This document shows positions 33,252 through 34,404 of a stretch of 34,404 nucleotides of DNA, piece after piece (within the stretch, counting starts at the first letter, position 1; each line of letters opens with the position of its first letter). The stretch is taken from positions 1 to 34,404 of the forward strand of contig JBHIDQ010000002.1 in assembly GCA_046760155.1 (NCBI GenBank), given 5' to 3'. The notes under the pieces are model-generated. The model made no database searches, was not told the DNA's origin, and worked only from the letters and a program-made list of their open reading frames with translations. Position numbers and translations under genes: made by a program. The stretch is from Dehalococcoidales bacterium (lineage in GTDB: Bacteria > Chloroflexota > Dehalococcoidia > Dehalococcoidales > RBG-16-60-22).

Positions 33252-34404
33252 TATGCAGTTCCTCCTTGATAGTGGCAGCCAGCTGTTCGGCTCTGGTGGC
33301 TATATCTTCATCTAGTCTATGCGCAGAGTAGAGAGCAATCTCAGCTATCATGGTTAGCTCAGTAAACGGCTGGCTAACGGTTGGTAACCGGGGAGTGACA
33401 ATCTTGAGAAACTCTCTGAGGGTGGTAGGTGCTGCCATAGGAATACCAGTTATCTTTTCTACCACCTCAAGTCCGCTTATGTAAGCTGATAATATTCTAC
33501 CCTTGATACCGGTGAACTCGTATTTGGGTTCGGGTGGCGGCGTAACCGGAGGTAGTTCTTGGACTAGAGGCTGCGGGATGGCTTTTTCTTCTCGTAGTAC
33601 TGCCGGTCTGGTTCTAACTCTATTGTAGATTAGCAATCCGAAGGAGAGGAAGGCAACTAGCATCAAGCCAATGTTTGACGGGTTAACTGTAAAAACCCAT
33701 CTCTTTATCTGAAGCGGAGCATACCATGGCTCAACCGGTGTAATGTCTACGGTTATTTCTTGAGGACCGACTAAAGACAGGTCAAAAGGTAGAGCTATGG
33801 TGGTGGTAGTAGCATAAAAGAAATTAGATGATGTGGTAGTTGATACGGATAACTGAGGCGGCTCCACTGTTGCAGTAAAGCTACCATCAGTAGTTGTTTT
33901 AACCGTGGTTGAGGATCGTCTAGAGGCAAGGCTCACTTGGGCATCCTGAATGGGAGCAAGGTTGGCAGACACCCTGCCGCTAATCTGGATTGGTTGGGAT
34001 GAGATAACAAGTTGTGGCACTTGGATATCAGTTTGTATGGGAATTCTTGAGATATAAACACTCAGCCTCTTTGAGGTGCCCGAGTAGCGTCCCTGAGGAG
34101 TGGCTACTACGGTCAGGCCATGTTTTCCAGTTGAAATTTGTGGTGGTAGTGTTATCTTGAAGCTAAACTCGTCTTGTATTGTTTCTTCGGTGAGCTGGGT
34201 ATTATCTAAAAGTACTTTGATGGTGCGGTACACATTGCTACCTGGTGAGCTAACTTGACCGGTAATAGTAATAGGTAGTCCAGGATAGGCAGTCTCGGGG
34301 GCAAATACCTCAAGGGAGGTGGGGTGATAGAAACTGGTTTTAATTGTCATCTGAGGATTAAGCTCCAGCTTTTCTCGAAGCTGATTAAGCTCATTTATAA
34401 GCTG
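33238..34404 (-). CDS. membrane protein with a beta-sandwich-like ectodomain and DUF4129-like C-terminal domain (5' end probably outside the window)
   Basis: The ORF track gives 33238-34350 (370 aa), but the frame stays open to the window edge (..QLINELNQLREKLELNPQ-MTIK..). It has a Thr/Ser/Val-rich repeated beta-type region, one TM helix (IGLMLVAFLSFGLLIY), a Pro-rich linker and a helical C-terminus (LTMIAEIALYSAHRLDED) resembling DUF4129. Confidence 0.5.
   Translation of the reverse strand, partial: QLINELNQLREKLELNPQMTIKTSFYHPTSLEVFAPETAYPGLPITITGQVSSPGSNVYRTIKVLLDNTQLTEETIQDEFSFKITLPPQISTGKHGLTVVATPQGRYSGTSKRLSVYISRIPIQTDIQVPQLVISSQPIQISGRVSANLAPIQDAQVSLASRRSSTTVKTTTDGSFTATVEPPQLSVSTTTSSNFFYATTTTIALPFDLSLVGPQEITVDITPVEPWYAPLQIKRWVFTVNPSNIGLMLVAFLSFGLLIYNRVRTRPAVLREEKAIPQPLVQELPPVTPPPEPKYEFTGIKGRILSAYISGLEVVEKITGIPMAAPTTLREFLKIVTPRLPTVSQPFTELTMIAEIALYSAHRLDEDIATRAEQLAATIKEELHSGFA

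Noticed and set aside
1-34404. Search for in-frame UGA (selenoprotein) genes, prompted by selA/selB/tRNA-Sec
   Set aside because: The adjacent same-frame ORF pairs I could find (ThiN-like/mnmA and selA/selB) are separated by TAA rather than TGA. No ORF looks truncated at a TGA with a following hairpin. An undetected case cannot be excluded without a SECIS search.
1-34404. CRISPR arrays, transposases, integrases, prophage genes, toxin-antitoxin pairs and known defence systems
   Set aside because: I saw no spaced direct-repeat array, no terminal inverted repeats and no ORF with a recombinase or nuclease-defence signature. The only repeats are the cupin tandem duplication, short hairpins and intragenic low-complexity repeats.

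Overview
This 34.4-kb bacterial chromosomal window is almost fully coding: about 37 CDS and 2 tRNAs. GC looks moderate by eye, GTG/TTG starts are frequent, and many genes abut or overlap. The protein style suggests an anaerobic Chloroflexota/Dehalococcoidia-like genome, but I could not run a search to test that.

Left to right:
- (-) A sulfur-mobilisation block: ThiF/MoeB-like E1, cysE, a stand-alone NIL-domain protein, a cysteine desulfurase, a ThiN-like protein and mnmA.
- (+) A beta-CASP metallo-beta-lactamase RNase-like gene, then selA and selB, with a convergent tRNA-Sec (UCA anticodon).
- (-) fdhD, tatA, a tatA/B-family gene and tatC.
- (+) rpsO, pnp, dapB, asd and dapA.
- (-) nusA, ylxR, infB, rbfA and truB; then an inositol-lipid operon (inositol-3-phosphate synthase, PimA-like GT4, CDP-alcohol phosphatidyltransferase); then purA and two tandem cupin paralogs.
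- (-) yggS and a small repeat-containing lipoprotein; (+) tRNA-Leu(UAG).
- (-) A four-gene, translationally coupled MoxR operon: a DUF4129-like ectodomain protein, a DUF4350-like protein, the MoxR AAA+ ATPase and a DUF58 protein.

I saw no CRISPR array, transposase, integrase, phage gene or recognisable defence system, so the window is mostly housekeeping. The least explained parts are:
- the cysE-NIL-nifS coupling, together with an E1-like enzyme that has no visible carrier protein;
- the membrane MoxR operon;
- the inositol-lipid operon;
- the cupin tandem duplication, which carries a 42-nt tract of perfect identity;
- several orphan or leader hairpins: one in the fdhD/rpsO spacer, one in the nusA leader and two between rbfA and truB.

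All family calls come from motif recognition by eye, not from database searches.
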